Shown here in pieces: positions 37,846-51,964 of a stretch of DNA of 64,000 bases (the stretch's first letter is position 1; the number at the start of each line of letters is the position of its first letter). The stretch is taken from contig OZ024746.1 in assembly GCA_964016885.1 (NCBI GenBank), positions 81,778,001 to 81,842,000 of the forward strand, read 5' to 3'. The position numbers and the translations under genes were made by a program. Under the pieces are notes generated by a model. The model was given only the letters and a program-made list of their open reading frames with translations. It was not told the DNA's origin and did not search any database. This DNA is from Eledone cirrhosa. Lineage: Eukaryota.

Positions 37846-40160
37846 TATTATTATTACACTCTACTTAGTAGAACAAAAATACATACTGGAAACCACGTAT
37901 CAAGTGCTCACTTTGGTGAACCTACAGTAACTTGATGTTGCAATCCCTAAACTATATATATATATTTATATATAAAACAAACAGGCAAATCAAGTTGGAA
38001 CGCCTTTGATCACAGGTCTGCTGGATCAGGGCTGAGTTTGGGATAAACAATAATGACTGGTTTCAATCATTGAGCTGTGGCTATGCTAGGGTACAACCTT
38101 CATAAGTCTAGTCAATTATATCTATTTTCTGAGTTCAAATCCTACCATGGCTGAATTTGATTTTCATTTTTATGAATTCAATAAAATAAGTACTTGTTAA
38201 GTCCTACGATTAATTAAACCAGCTACAACCATTCTTGGTCTTGTTGTTGTTACAGTCACATGTTTTTTTTTGGGGGGGGGGGGGGGGGGGGGTCTTTCAA
38301 ACAGATATTTGATAACGGCTTTTTACACAAGCCTAATAATAAGTGTAAGCACACTTCCAGAACCTGCAATTTGAACCATCTTATCAAAGGATATATAAGT
38401 TTTCAAATGCCAGGTGCACAAGCACCTCTTGTCACTAAAACCCTTCATAATGTAGTAAACCATTGATTGGTTAAGTGAGCTCCTTTTGTGAGCTCAAACA
38501 TTCCAACAAGGATGTAATATTTTTTTTATTATTTTTGGGGTGGGGTGGGGTTGTGACAAAGAACATAGTGAAAGCAGGGTGCCAATTGGTTAAGGTGCCT
38601 GGCTTACAACTGTGGATCCAATTCCTATATCAGGTAGCAAGTTGTGTTCTTGAGTAAAACACTTCATTTCATGTTGCACCAATCAGCACAGCTGTAAATT
38701 TGTAGCACCAGCAATAGCAGTTGAGGGATAGCTCTACAATGGACAAGCATCCTGTCCAAGGGGAGTCTTGTACTCTCATTCATTTAATGTCAATCAAACT
38801 AGTATAAGCTTGGGCTAGATTAGCCTCCAGTCTTTGGATAGACTTTGACCATTTTTTTTTTTCAAGAAGTGCATAACAGCATTTTAGGACCTCCTAAATT
38901 AAGGTATAAGGCGGTAAATTGGCAGAGTCATTAAGATGTCGGATAGAATGCTTTACGGTATTCGTCCCACCTAATTGAGTGTTTTGAGTTCAAATACCGT
39001 TGTGGACAACTTTGCCTTTCATCCTTTCAAGGTCGATAAAAAAAAGTACCAGTCCAGTACTGGGGTTGATTCTTCCTCTATAGAAAAAAATCAGTTGTGC
39101 TCAGACCTGGAGAGGGTTGGGCTCTGTCAGGTTTAAATGTGCCCTAGACATGCCATATGACGGTGCCACTACGACTCCACAAGGAGTTATGGGTTTCTTT
39201 TTTGTTTTTTAAATTCAGGTATGTGAATGAAGTTAGTATTGTTTATCTTCCATACAAATTGTTACAGCTTAGTATCTCTGAACAAAATCATTTCAAAATC
39301 ATTTCAAGAAGAATACAGTTCTGGTAGGTAACATTTGAGGGGCACACTGAATATCAAGTTTGATAAATGTTAGTGTATTTGTGTCTATGTCTATACCAGT
39401 TAACCCAGTGATAAAATAGTACTAGATAAAAGTACTAGGGTCCATATAATTGACTAAACTCTCTAAGGGGGTGCCCCAGCATGTCCACAGTTGAATGACT
39501 GAAATCAATAAAATAATATATGATATATAATGTGCACAAACAATCAGGAAAATAAATACAACTAAATATAGTATGTGTGTATGTCCACGTGTGTCTGTCC
39601 ACATGTGTCTATGCATATTCACATACTTGTATGAATATGCATGGTTGTATATAGATAGACACATATAATATACAAATATACTGAGAAATATATACATAGA
39701 AATACAACAGGTTTTACTTGTAATATGAAGTAACTATATACATAAGTGCCTGCCTATATGAAGTAAGTGTGTGTAATTGTATGTGAATATGAATATATAT
39801 TGCAAAATTGCAAGAAACACACACACTTACACAGAGCTTTGTAAAAACAAAACATACACTCAACAAGAGACACTTGAAGGTATCAACCCAAAACACAACT
39901 CACTGCTATGTACACACATACACATAGGCAAACACATTTTACTACTGTGTACAGCAAGCCTACATGATCACATAAATGAATAAACAGTAAAATAAGAAAG
40001 CAGCATAGTGTTGTGAACTTCCCCCTCAGTGCTAAGACAGAGAAGTTGGCTGCTAACCAAAGAAATACAAACTAACTAGTGCCACACAGTCAAACAGATT
40101 TATGTATGCTCATGGGTGAGAAAGAGAGAAAGAGAGGGAGTGAGAGAGAAAGATAGAGTA

Positions 40161-40191
<31 letters not shown>

Positions 40192-40419
40192 CAGCCAATC
40201 TACCCAGGTGTTTCCTTCAGTGCACCTGAATTAGTTAGATAGAAATCCAGCAATGTACCATGAGGCAACTGATTTCAGCTGTACAGTCAACACTAACAAC
40301 AACATCATCATTATCAACCTCATTTCTACATCCCGCTGGGCATGGGTCGGATCAGTTGTCGTAGTTTGCGACCAGATGGATTAGATGAATCAGTGTGTTG
40401 TTTGTTGCATTCAATATCT

Positions 40420-42225
40420 GACATGGTTTCTACAGCTACATGTCCTTCCTAACACCACCACCTTACAGTGTGACATGGTTTCTACAGCTACATGTCCTTC
40501 CTAACACCACCACCATACAGTGTGACATGGTTTCTACAGCTACATGTTCTTCCTAACACCACCACCTTACAGTGTGACATGGTTTCTACAGCTACATGTT
40601 CTTCCTAACACCACCACCTTACAGTGTGACATGGTTTCTACAGCTACATGTTCTTCTTAACACCACCACCTTACAGTGTGACATGGTTTCTACAGCTACA
40701 TGTTCTTCCTAACACCACCACCTTACAGTGTGACATGGTTTCTACAGCTACATGTCCTTCCTAACACCACCGCCTTACAGTGTGACATGGTTTCTACAGC
40801 TACATGTCCTTCCTAACACCACCACCTTACAGTGACATGGTTTCTACAGCTACATGTTCTTCCTAACACCACCACCTTACAGTGTGACATGGTTTCTACA
40901 GCTACATGTTCTTCCTAACACCACCACCTTACAGTGTGACATGGTTTCTACAGCTACATGTTCTTCCTAACACCACCACCTTACAGTGTGACATGGTTTC
41001 TACAGCTACATGTCCTTCCTAACACCACCACCTTACAATATGACATGGTTTCTACAGCTACATGTTCTTCCTAACACCACCACCTTACAGTGTGACATGG
41101 TTTCTACAGCTACATGTTCTTCCTAACACCACCACCTTACAGTGACATGGTTTCTACAGCTACATGTTCTTCCTAACACCACCACCTTACAGTGTGAGAT
41201 GGTTTCTACAGCTACATGTTCTTCCTAACACCACCACCTTACAGTGTGACATGGTTTCTACAGCTACATGTCCTTCCTAACACCACCACCTTACAGTGTG
41301 ACATGGTTTCTACAGCTACATGTCCTTCCTAACACCACCACCTTACAATATGACATGGTTTCTACAGCTACATGTTCTTCCTAACACCACCACCTTACAG
41401 TGTGACATGGTTTCTACAGCTACATGTTCTTCCTAACACCACCACCTTACAGTGACATGGTTTCTACAGCTACATGTTCTTCCTAACACCACCACCTTAC
41501 AGTGTGACATGGTTTCTACAGCTACATGTTCTTCCTAACACCACCACCTTACAGTGTGACATGGTTTCTACAGCTACATGTCCTTCCTAACACCACCACC
41601 TTACAGTGTGACATGGTTTCTACAGCTACATGTCCTTCCTAACACCACCACCTTACAATATGACATGGTTTCTACAGCTACATGTTCTTCCTAACACCAC
41701 CACCTTACAGTGTGACATGGTTTCTACAGCTACATGTTCTTCCTAACACCACCACCTTACAGTGACATGGTTTCTACAGCTACATGTTCTTCCTAACACC
41801 ACCACCTTACAGTGTGACATGGTTTCTACAGCTACATGTTCTTCCTAACACCACCACCTTACAGTGTGACATGGTTTCTACAGCTACATGTCCTTCCTAA
41901 CACCACCACCTTACAGTGTGACATGGTTTCTACAGCTACATGTCCTTCCTAACACCACCACCTTACAGTGACATGGTTTCTACAGCTACATGTCCTTCCT
42001 AACACCACCACCTTACAGTGTGACATGGTTTCTACAGCTACATGTCCTTCCTAACACCACCACCTTACAATATGACATGGTTTCTACAGCTACATGTTCT
42101 TCCTAACACCACCACCTTACAGTGTGACATGGTTTCTACAGCTACATGTTCTTCCTAACACCACCACCTTACAGTGTGACATGGTTTCTACAGCTACATG
42201 TTCTTCCTAACACCACCTTGCAGTG
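40420..42225. repeat. 52-bp tandem satellite (~35 copies) derived from a SINE segment
   Basis: Unit GTGACATGGTTTCTACAGCTACATGT(T/C)CTTCCTAACACCACCACCTTACAGT, no spacers; similar to the SINE segment TTTCTACAGCTGGATGCCCTTCCTAACACCAACC..TTACAGTG. Confidence 0.97.
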
Positions 42226-44712
42226 TGTTTTGCAACACCAGGTATGGTGTGTTTTATCACGACTCCAGCAATACCTCTTTACAGCATGGACTAGGACATT
42301 TTATTGTGGTACCAACACTAACACTTTACAGTACAGGGTGTACTGGGTGCATATTATTGTAGTACCAGCACTAAAAAGGTGCATATCAGTCCTATATTGT
42401 CACCATTTGATTTCAAGTTGATCTAAGGTTGTTCAATAAGTCAAACAGAAAATTCAAAAAATATATGAATGATAACAAAAATAACAATATTTCTTGCCAT
42501 ACTCACATGGTCAGAAATTCTAAGAGAGGAGTGTAGTTAGTATAATTCATCCCAGTACTCAACTGGTATTCTTTTTTATGATCTGTTGCTTTTTTAAAAT
42601 TATTATTATTATTTATTTATTATTATTATTATGTTATTTTGGTGGGGAGGAGCTTCCTTTGCCAGAATTTGGGAAGGTGCTAGAATAATGAGTAACAGGA
42701 TCAACCTTGTTCCGCCTAAGAACAGTCCACCAATCTATTTCACTCTGTCTTGCCCCTGGATCTCAAATTTGGTTTACTGTTAGAGGGAGGGGTGAGAAAC
42801 AGTTCTGTGATGGCTGGGCTCAAGTGTAACAGCCTTATTTTAGGTTGAACCTCTGGTACACATATCTACCTACCATCAGATGGTCATCTTCTTCACGAGA
42901 GGAGGGGAGTTCCAACAACAAAGACACACACACAGACACTATAATAATAATTTCTAATGCAGGCAAAGGGAAGCAAATTTGTGAGATTAAATCAACCCAA
43001 GTGCTTGACTGGTTCTATATTTTATCAACACCAAGAGGATGAAAGCCGAAGCTGACCTCAGTGGGATTTGAACTCAGAATGTAAAGAGCCAGAACAAATA
43101 CACTGCATTCTGTCTGATGCTCTAATGATTCTGCCAATCCACTGTTCTGATAATAGGCTGTGTTTATTGGCACTGAGGAGAAGCTAGCTCTGTCAACCTG
43201 ACAATAACAGCATCATTCCTGTTGTTTACAGATAAAGCTAAATTCTCATTAGCATGATGTAGTTCTGGTAATGTCCAGATGGTTTCTGACCAAACTTTCT
43301 TGCTGTCAAATGAAAACAATTAGCTCTTGTTATCTCATGACATACTTCCCTTATGAAGTGGGACAGACCTCAAGTCTCTGAAGCCTTTAACACATAAATA
43401 TTTCTTTTTCCCACCCCACCTCTTTTTGTTTGTTTTATTTTCTTGTTTTAGCACCTCCCCTCTTCCACCCCACCCCTTTATTGGCCAATACAATAGACTC
43501 ACCAATTTTGAACTATCACAAGACAAAAAAAATATATTAATTAAACCTGATGAATATATAAGAAAATGATTCACAGGAACCTTATAAACAACATTAATAT
43601 TCATAGAAGATAGAATAAATAGAAATCTGTGTTTCTGATTTATATTATTTTCTGTTGAGTAATTCCAACTGCGTAGGAAGGTAAGAGTATTTAGTATGTG
43701 AAAAGGCCAGAACAAAGTTGAATAATAAGTATTCTATTCATGGGCTATTAGTTAAGAGCAGGTATAAAAGATTTTAGCAAGTGTTCTTTCTAAATTTTCC
43801 CATGCTACTATAGATGGTTCTGAAGACGTAAACAAATCATTCAATTGTAGGAGTAGATAGTTTTAAAGCTAAATACTTTGTAGTACTAACTAATCATTCA
43901 TAAAGATTGCAGTATCTATTTTTAAGCTGATAAATAAATAATTTTACTTTCCTAAGGACATAACACATAACCGTTGCATTAATTATCTCGGAGTTTTCAT
44001 CACATTATATACAGTTCTAAAAACAGAATAAAGAATATGGTACTACTACTGATTCTATACATCATAAGGTTATCACATTGAAAATATCTTGACATCAAAG
44101 AAACACATTTGAACACAGAACGACTAAATCATCTTTGATAGTTGTTGTTTAGCACCAGATTATTCCTAATCAAGCAAATTTATGATCGTACAATTTCCAG
44201 CAGTAACCAACTGCCTTTTGTTTTGTTTTTTTAGGTATTGTATACACTATACTATATCACCCAATGTGTCATTTTAATAAGACAATAGGATATGATTTGA
44301 GGGACATTTTGTTGTTATTTCTAGCAGGTCTTGTGACTACATGACAGCTTTCTTTTGGCTAAGCTGTGAATAGCAGTGGAGATACTCAAAGGCAATGAAC
44401 TATCCAATGAAATATCCACTATCACAAAATTTGATGAGATGGTGTTTCAGTTCACCTGAGAAATACGTATTAAGTATTACTAAAAAAAAAATACTATCCT
44501 ATCTATAAGGGAGGTTTATCTCAACAGCTTTACATAACATACACAAGAATTAAACCAAGACCTAATGGAACATTGTGATTTGAAAAGGATTATATCTTTG
44601 GCCATGTTTTTTTTTTGGGGGGGGGGGTCTTCCTCTACTCCCTACCACCACTCTTCACATCTGGTCACTTTTAATCTTCCTCACGACATAACCCAATTGT
44701 AAGACATTGTCA

Positions 44713-44897
44713 TATGAAGGACTTAACTCACCCAACAAAGTACATTAGATACTATATGCTATGAAGGGCATAACTCACCCAGTAAAGTACATTAGATGCT
44801 ATATGCTATGAAGGGCATAACTCACCCAATAAAGTACATTAGATGCTACATACTATGAAGGACATAATTAATCCAGAAAAGTACATTAGATGCTACA
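44713..44897. repeat. 47-bp minisatellite, ~4 copies
   Basis: TATGAAGGGCATAACTCACCCAGTAAAGTACATTAGATGCTATATGC, period 47 (44761, 44808). Confidence 0.9.
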
Positions 44898-45629
44898 GGT
44901 ATGGCTGTGTGGTTAAGGATTTTGGTTCACAACCATGTGATTTCAGGTTCACTCCCATTGCGTGAAGCCCCAAGTTGAGCCATGACTTGTAAATTTGTTA
45001 GACAGAATCTAAAGAAGCCCTTCATATATATATATATATATATACAGTTATTGTTTGAGAGGTCCATACTGTAAATGAAAATGCATGTATGTGTATGTAT
45101 GTGTATGTGTCATAACTTAGTGGTTCAACAAAGGAAAATCAATAAAATAAATACAAGACTTGAAAAAGTACTGTGGTTTAGATGATCATCTAACTCTGTA
45201 TAAAGCAGTGTTCCAGCATGGCCACAGTCCAATGACTGAAACCAGTAAAATAAAAAATATAGACAAACCAGATAGAATACAACCAATAGAATACAAAGAC
45301 AAATAGTTTAAAACAACAAGGCTTAAACAGATCAAAGGAAAATTGAAATTCTAAAAATGTTCGCTACCCCCCAACCACCACAAAAAAAATAAAAAAAAAA
45401 TAATAATAATAATAACAATAACAAATAAATTAAAAAAAACCCAGTTATCTGTCTGATATTGAAACCAATTCTTTCAAGTAGTTTATTGCCAAATTCTAAA
45501 TTATTTTCAGATCTTACAACCACATACAGGATGTCAAAATATTAATTACAATGCTAATATTAACCAATATCAGTTAAGTCATATTAATTCTTCAGTTTTC
45601 CAAGATCAAAGGGTTATTTTTCAAATTCA

Positions 45630-46130
45630 TTAATAATAATAATAATAATGCTTTCTTTATTAACCACAAGGGTTTACATAAAGTAGACATTAAGGACAAT
45701 ACAGGTCGGTACAAATGGGCATTTCTGCGTGTAAAAAACAAGAAACAGAGGATGTAATAATAGAACAATGAAAAAATTCCCCAATAGGGGGGAGACTTCC
45801 GAGGGACATTCGTGGAGAAAGCCCATTAAAAAGCCACAATGACCCTGACCACCAAGGCAAGTGCCCTCTCCCAGTTTTCCACCTTTAATTTACAGACACA
45901 TACTCAGAGTATTCACTCGGGCCATTCTTGCCTCTCTCACCCATCTTTCAACAAAATGCTGGGAAGAGAGCACTTCCCTCTCTACCCTGATTTTCCTTCT
46001 CAAATGAAATTTGAAAAAGTTAATCAGGGCATCACCGAAGAGGTAAGTGCTCGTCTTCAGCCCTTTCAAACATGTCCACCATACTATCTCTTTCGCCACC
46101 AGACAGATAAAAACTGCCTGCCCTTCCCGG
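45630..46130 (-). mobile_element. L1/Tx1-like LINE 3' fragment with (TTA)n tail
   Basis: REGQAVFICLVAKEIVWWTCLKG...FFKFHLRRKIRVERE..FVERW resembles a Tx1 ORF2 C-terminus; minus-strand AATAAA then (TTA)n. Confidence 0.55.
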
Positions 46131-46249
46131 ATAATAATAATGATTTCATTTATTGAATAATGAAATTTACAGCACATACTTATTTTGCAGGTTTAGTTGG
46201 CCATTTACAAGGTCACATCTCATATGAGGTTTTCTTGGATGTTAAAATA

Positions 46250-47430
46250 ATAATGATTTATAATTTAGGCGCAAGGCCAACATTTTGTGAAGAGGGAAAA
46301 GTCGATTACATTAGCCTCAGTAAATGACTGGCACTTTATTTCATCGACCCTGGAAGGTAAAGTTGATCACAGTAGGATTTGAACTTAGAATGTAAAGAGA
46401 CAAAATAAATAAGCCTAAGCATTTACCAATTCTCTAACGACTCCAATGCCCTAATAATAATTGTTTCTACTTTTGGCACAAGGCCAGCAATTATCCCAGT
46501 GTATTACTGGTACAATGCCCTAATAATAATGGTTTCTGATTTAGGCACAATGCTAACAATTTTGGGGAAAGGTAAAAGTCGATTAAATTGATCCCAGTGC
46601 ATTACTGGTTCTTTATTTTATTGATAGTGTAAGGATGAAAGACAAAGCTAACCTTGGCAGGATTTGAACTCAGAATATAGAGCTGGAAAAATAGTGCTAC
46701 TTATTTGTCTGATGCTCCAATGACTGTCAATCTGCTGCCCTTAATAATTGTTTCTACTTTTGGCACAAGGCCAGCAATTATCCCAATGCATTACTGGTAC
46801 TTTATTTTGTCGACCCCGTAAGGATGAAAGGCAAAGTTAACCTCAGCGGGATTTGAACTCAGATCCCTTAATAATAGTTTCTGATATGGCACAAGGCCGA
46901 CAATTTTTGGGGAAGGTAAAGTTGACCGAATCAACCCCAGTGTGCTACTGGTACTTTATTTTTTTGACCCTCTAAGGATGAAAGGCAAAGCTAACATCAA
47001 TGCGATTTGAACTCAGAATGTAAAAGGCTGTAACTCTAAGCTGCAAAACATGTCTGACATTCTACCGATACTGCCAATCCACTACCCTTATCACCCTAAT
47101 AATAATAACAATAATAATAATTGTTTCTACTTTTGGCACAAGGCCAGCAGTTACTGACATTACTGGTACTTTATTTTATCGCCCTGTAAGGATGAAAGGC
47201 AAAGTTAACCTCGACGGGATTTGAACTCAGACCGTAATGGGACGTAACTATGCTGGAAAGCATGGCGTCCAACCCTCTACTGATACTGCCATTCTGATTT
47301 AGGCACCAGGGCAACAATTTGGGAGAGAGGAAAGTTGATTAAATCAGCCAATGGTAGTTGACTCGTGATATATTTTATCAATAGTGGAAGGATGAACAAG
47401 AGTCAACCTTGGTGGGATTTGAAATCAGAA
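46250..47430 (-). mobile_element. Cluster of 6-7 same-orientation family 2 SINEs and fragments
   Basis: Repeated AATAAT...TTTGGCACAAGGCC...ACTGGTACTTTATTTT...GGATGAAAGGCAAAG...GATTTGAACTCAG blocks. Confidence 0.88.
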
Positions 47431-47526
47431 CAGAAAGAGTTTAACTAGCTCTAAGATATCTAGGATATCTGAAGGTAATTAGGCGGTAACCAGATTTAAA
47501 AAGAGAATACATAGAAGCAAAAATAA

Positions 47527-47875
47527 TGAAATTCTTCCAAATATGTAGGAATCCCAAATGCTGAAAACAACTGTAACAACAGTCAGTTACTACAAATAAT
47601 AGCGTAGAAAATCAGGTAGAAAAAAGTGGCCCGCAACCACTAAAGAGAATCAAATCCTGTATCTCTCAAATTCCAGTTAAGTGCTCTAACTCTTGAGCTA
47701 AAGGACCTCAGGAATTTGAGAGATATGGAATTTAATTCTTCACAGCAGCTGCTGGTTCCATTTTTCCATCTGCAGGTGTATTTCACCTGATTTCCTAAGC
47801 TATTATTTATAGCAATCAACTGTTGATATAGTTATTTTATGCATTTGGGATTCCTGCATTTTCTAAAGAATTTCA
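47527..47875. repeat. Diverged fold-back (~150 bp arms) centred on a tRNA-like sequence
   Basis: GGAATCCCAAATGC/GCATTTGGGATTCC and TATCTCTCAAATTCC/GGAATTTGAGAGATA pair. Minus strand 47645-47704 reads TAGCTCAAGAGTTAGAGCAC-TTAACTGGAATTTGA-GAGATACAGGATTTGATTCTC. Confidence 0.75.
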
Positions 47876-48837
47876 AATCTCGCAGCGCTTCAATAATTTG
47901 TATAAATTATGAAGTTCATATTCTAAAAACAATTATGCAATCTAAAATATACAAAATATACTCATGTAAGTTAAATATTCATTTGCCAAGAAAGCTGTAA
48001 TAAAAGAACTGATTTAGTCTAGTAGACACTGCAAGTATTTGACAGTTGATGACAACTTAGTGACTGGCAGAGGTGGGCTATATAATATCTTCACTAACTC
48101 AGCAAATAAAGTTTAACTATTGATGACAGCATGGCAAATAGGAAAGAAATGACATATTTGGTAACATTTTTTTCATTTGCTGTTCACATAATATTGACAA
48201 ATAGCACTTGTTCTAAGAGTGTACATAAAAATAGGAGTTGAATACCTATAGTAAATAAGCACCTGCAGTAGTTGTTTAGCCCAAAGTCAACCCTGACTAC
48301 CAACAGACCTATTCAAATCATGATCATCACATCCTTCTCTCAAGAATTACATATATTTAACTACATCATCTAATATGACCACCTTTTTAAAATGCAAAGT
48401 GTACATTTGAGATAGATTGCCTAGCATGCATGTTGATCAACTATGTATATCATCATCACTATTTTACATCCATTTTTCCATGCTAGCATAGGTTAGACGA
48501 ATATATTTTTTTTTTCTTTTTACCCAAGGAAAGGGCAGCACCCATGAGCAGGGGCATTCAAAGAGTTAAGGACAACTGTGTAGCTCTGATTTCATAGCTT
48601 GAAATAATTAACTCTTAACATCCAGTTATGATTTACCAAAAAATATCTAAAAAAAAGGTTGTTAATTCAAGTGTTTGTAGACTCTGGGACAGATTGTTGT
48701 GAAAATGTGCAGTAAACTAAAGTAAAGACTAATTTTTAATCTGATGCAGTTGAATTTTTCAATGAATAAAAAATACAGCAGTTATTCAATTCCAAACAGA
48801 TAGATGAGCTGACATATTGTAAAATAGATGTGTTATT

Positions 48838-49307
48838 TACTATATATACTCGAATATAAGCTGATCCCTTATTTTATGTCTGAGAAATGGGAAAAATCCA
48901 AACCCCATGTATAAGCAGAGGCAGTTAATCAATACATTATGTTTAAATGGTGCAGTTTGAAATTCTCAAAAGTGGAGAATATATTTATGAAGTTTTGTCA
49001 ATCAGAGTATAGTTTCTGATTCACAACTCCATTACATAATGATTTTTTTTACCAATTTCTGATCGTTTTGAAGACCATATTCATTCGAAACAAATTTTAC
49101 CTCCAAAATGAAACCAGTGTAATATTCACTTCCCTCCAAAGTAAAACCGGTATAATATTCACCTCCAAAGCAAACATATTTTAGCACCTCGTTTACATAG
49201 AATTTCAAGTTGGTGAAAATCAGCAAAATATTGACCTTGAATATAAACCCTTTTACCATCGATTTTTTGTCACATATTTCCCTCCTTATATACGAGTACA
49301 TGCGGTA
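48838..49307. mobile_element. Tc1/mariner-pogo type non-autonomous element
   Basis: Imperfect TIRs TACTATATATACTCGAATATAAG / CTTATATACGAGTACATGCGGTA with TA ends. Confidence 0.65.
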
Positions 49308-49977
49308 TGCATCAAAACAGAAAATCATGATAAAAGGTTTTAATATAAGTATAATCATTTTAATATGAATATAATCATTTTAAAATGGGGTACCAGGCTG
49401 GCTATAAAACAGTCTCGAAACATTCTGTCCAACCTATGCCAGCATAGAAAAGTGGACATAAAAAAGCTGATGCTGTTCTTATTTCTGCTGTAGTGCTGAG
49501 AAGATGATATTTTCACTGGGGGAGAAAAAAATAAAACTTTAGAAAAAAAAAAAAAACCTGTTGATTTCTCAACTCTCAGTTACATCACCATCTTATTGAG
49601 CAAAGGTGAAGTAACTTTTTAAAAGGTGATCAGTGATAATACATAGATCAAGAGTTATGTAGGTTTTAAGTCATTTTTCCGTATAAACCTCATTTTCTTC
49701 CCACTGTGGTTAGGTAGGGTGCTGGTTACAGAGGTGGTGGTGGGTAGGGTGTTGGTTAAAGGGGTTGAATCTTTTTATCACTAAGTATAACCATGACTTC
49801 AGGGGTTAAGATGAAGAAGGCTACACACACACACACACACACACACACAGGAACAACACGCATGGCATACACATTTAAGTGTAACAATATTGCAAGCATG
49901 TTTCCCAAGCTCTGATTACTTTGAGGATTTTCTTTAGGCAGTTTTATTAAGAAGGATTATCTTTAATAGCATCCTTT

Positions 49978-50034
<57 letters not shown>

Positions 50035-50598
50035 ATGTTGATGGCAGTGGTGGTGGTGGTGGCGACTGGAAATTTTGACAAAGAAATTGAAGAGCCAGAC
50101 AGGGAGCCATAGATGAAGCCTATTACCTAAGAACACAAGTAAAGTCTATCTGATGGGTTTTCACACAGTTTCTGACTACCCAATTTTTCTCATAAGGTTT
50201 GGGTGGACTCAAGATAATTCTAGTTGAAGGTGCTGCATAGCAGTATTGAACCTGAAACCATGTGATTGCAAAGTGAACTTTTTAAAAATCATTATAGGTT
50301 TCTTTTGACTGGACACAAAGCCCTATATTTCAAAGAAGGAGAAAATAATGTTTTGCAAATGATGCCTTTATCAAGAAGGTTAACAGCACTTCCCTATCAT
50401 ATTTCAATGGCTCATTATAAACATGTATTTTGAAATATAGAGGAAAGCATTACTAAAAGTGGAAAGAGGGAGAGAAATAGGTGATCTTGTTGTTGCTTAG
50501 TCCCAGATCAAACCTATTGGGCAAACCCATGATCAAAGGCATTCCAGACAGGAACATCTTAATTTCCTTTTCAGGCATAGTGTATTTAGGACTATATT

Positions 50599-51092
50599 TA
50601 GGACAAAGAAGGGTTTCTCCCTGCATACAAAAGGCCGGTTATATGATGCCTGTGTGAGATGCGCGATGCTGCATGGTAGTAAGACATGGGCAGCAACTGC
50701 AGAGGATATGCGACGACTGGAGAGAAATGAAGCAAGCATGCTCTGTTGGATGTGCAATGTCAATGTGCATGAACGACCAAGCATGGATGAGTTGAGAGAG
50801 GAACTGTGTATAAGAGGGATAAGTTCTAGTGTGCAGGAGAGAAGACTGCGATGGTATGGACATGTATATATATATATGTCACCTCAGCGCATGGAGGATG
50901 AATGCTGGGTAAAGAAGTGCCAAGAAATCCCAGTAGAAGGAAGATGCAGTAGAGGAAGACCACGAAAAACATGGGCGAAGGTGGTGAGAGTGGACCTCAG
51001 ATCACTAAAGCTCACAGAGAAGATGACGAAGGACCATGACAAATGGAGAGATGCTGTGCTGAATAGGACCCGTCCCACCCTTGCAAGCAGGG
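50599..51092 (+). mobile_element. RTE-clade LINE 3' fragment, still largely open
   Basis: KGRLYDACVRCAMLHGSKTWA...LERNEASMLCWMC...VQERRLRWYGHV..RM....VEGRCSRGRPRKTW...W is a classic RTE ORF end. Flanked by TTAGGACTATATT (50586-50598) and TTAGGACTACATT (51098-51110). Confidence 0.9.
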
Positions 51093-51409
51093 TCTGCTTA
51101 GGACTACATTATTCAAGGTGCCCTATTTCTAGCAAGATAAACAACTATTAATACTTAGTAGATTATTTGTTGACTTTAATAGATAATATTCGCTGGGTAT
51201 AAGTAGTTAGATGTGATATAGGAACAATCATTGTCACAGAAATGAAATAGAATTAGTAGGTGGGAAACACCTAAATTGGTGACTTCAGAATGAGAACCTT
51301 GGCAGAACCAAATAGGTGGAAAAGAAATTTATGTAAATGTCACCTCAGCCCTCAGGGGTTTTAGGTACCACTGCTTAGATCCAACAAGGGAGCCTCAACA
51401 TGATTGTTG

Positions 51410-51595
51410 AACTTGCTAGAAATAGCAGCTAAGTCCCTCTTACTTGCCATATCCTATCATCTTCAAAAAAGAAAGAACACAAAGTATAATGTAATGCTAG
51501 ATAAACTGTCTGAAAATATGATGGGATTAACACAGCTGAAATGCATTTGACCAACAGATCTATTTAATCTGACCTGACCTGCAGCTCAACAACAA
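51410..51595 (+). mobile_element. Older interspersed repeat family 3 (SINE-like 3' part ending in (AAC)n), representative copy
   Basis: TGCTAGAAATAGCAGC...ATCTT(A/C)AAAAA...TAATGTA...CTAGA...AATGC.TTTGA...AACAAC. Related copies at ~15480, 25875, 26880, 36800, 52785, 57005, and on the minus strand at ~44140, 48270, 50485. Confidence 0.7.
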
Positions 51596-51964
51596 TAAGT
51601 TTTTGTTGGTTTAATCATTACTATTGGAATACAGTTGGATCAAGTGTCTTCCAATTTAATGCCTCAATTAAGTTGTAGAATTTCAGCTAGGTAGAATTGA
51701 TGTAAGTAGAGTCATTACAAAGGAAAAAGACAATGACTCAATTATAGGTCTTTCTGTTCATGGAGGTAAATGTTTAGGTTGTGAGTAAATGACACCTGTT
51801 TGTACTTGTGTTGTCCTTTACTCAGGCTGGATTGAGTCAGTTGCAATCAGTGAATCAACAGCACCATGAACTGAAGACATCCAACACATTGTCTGCCAAT
51901 AGTGATTCAAATAGCAGACACTAGATATGCAGGGGACCTAATAGTAATTCAAGATCTGAGTTTG

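Noticed and set aside
40420-42225. CRISPR-like array
   Set aside because: No unique spacers and no cas genes; eukaryotic context; the monomer derives from a SINE.
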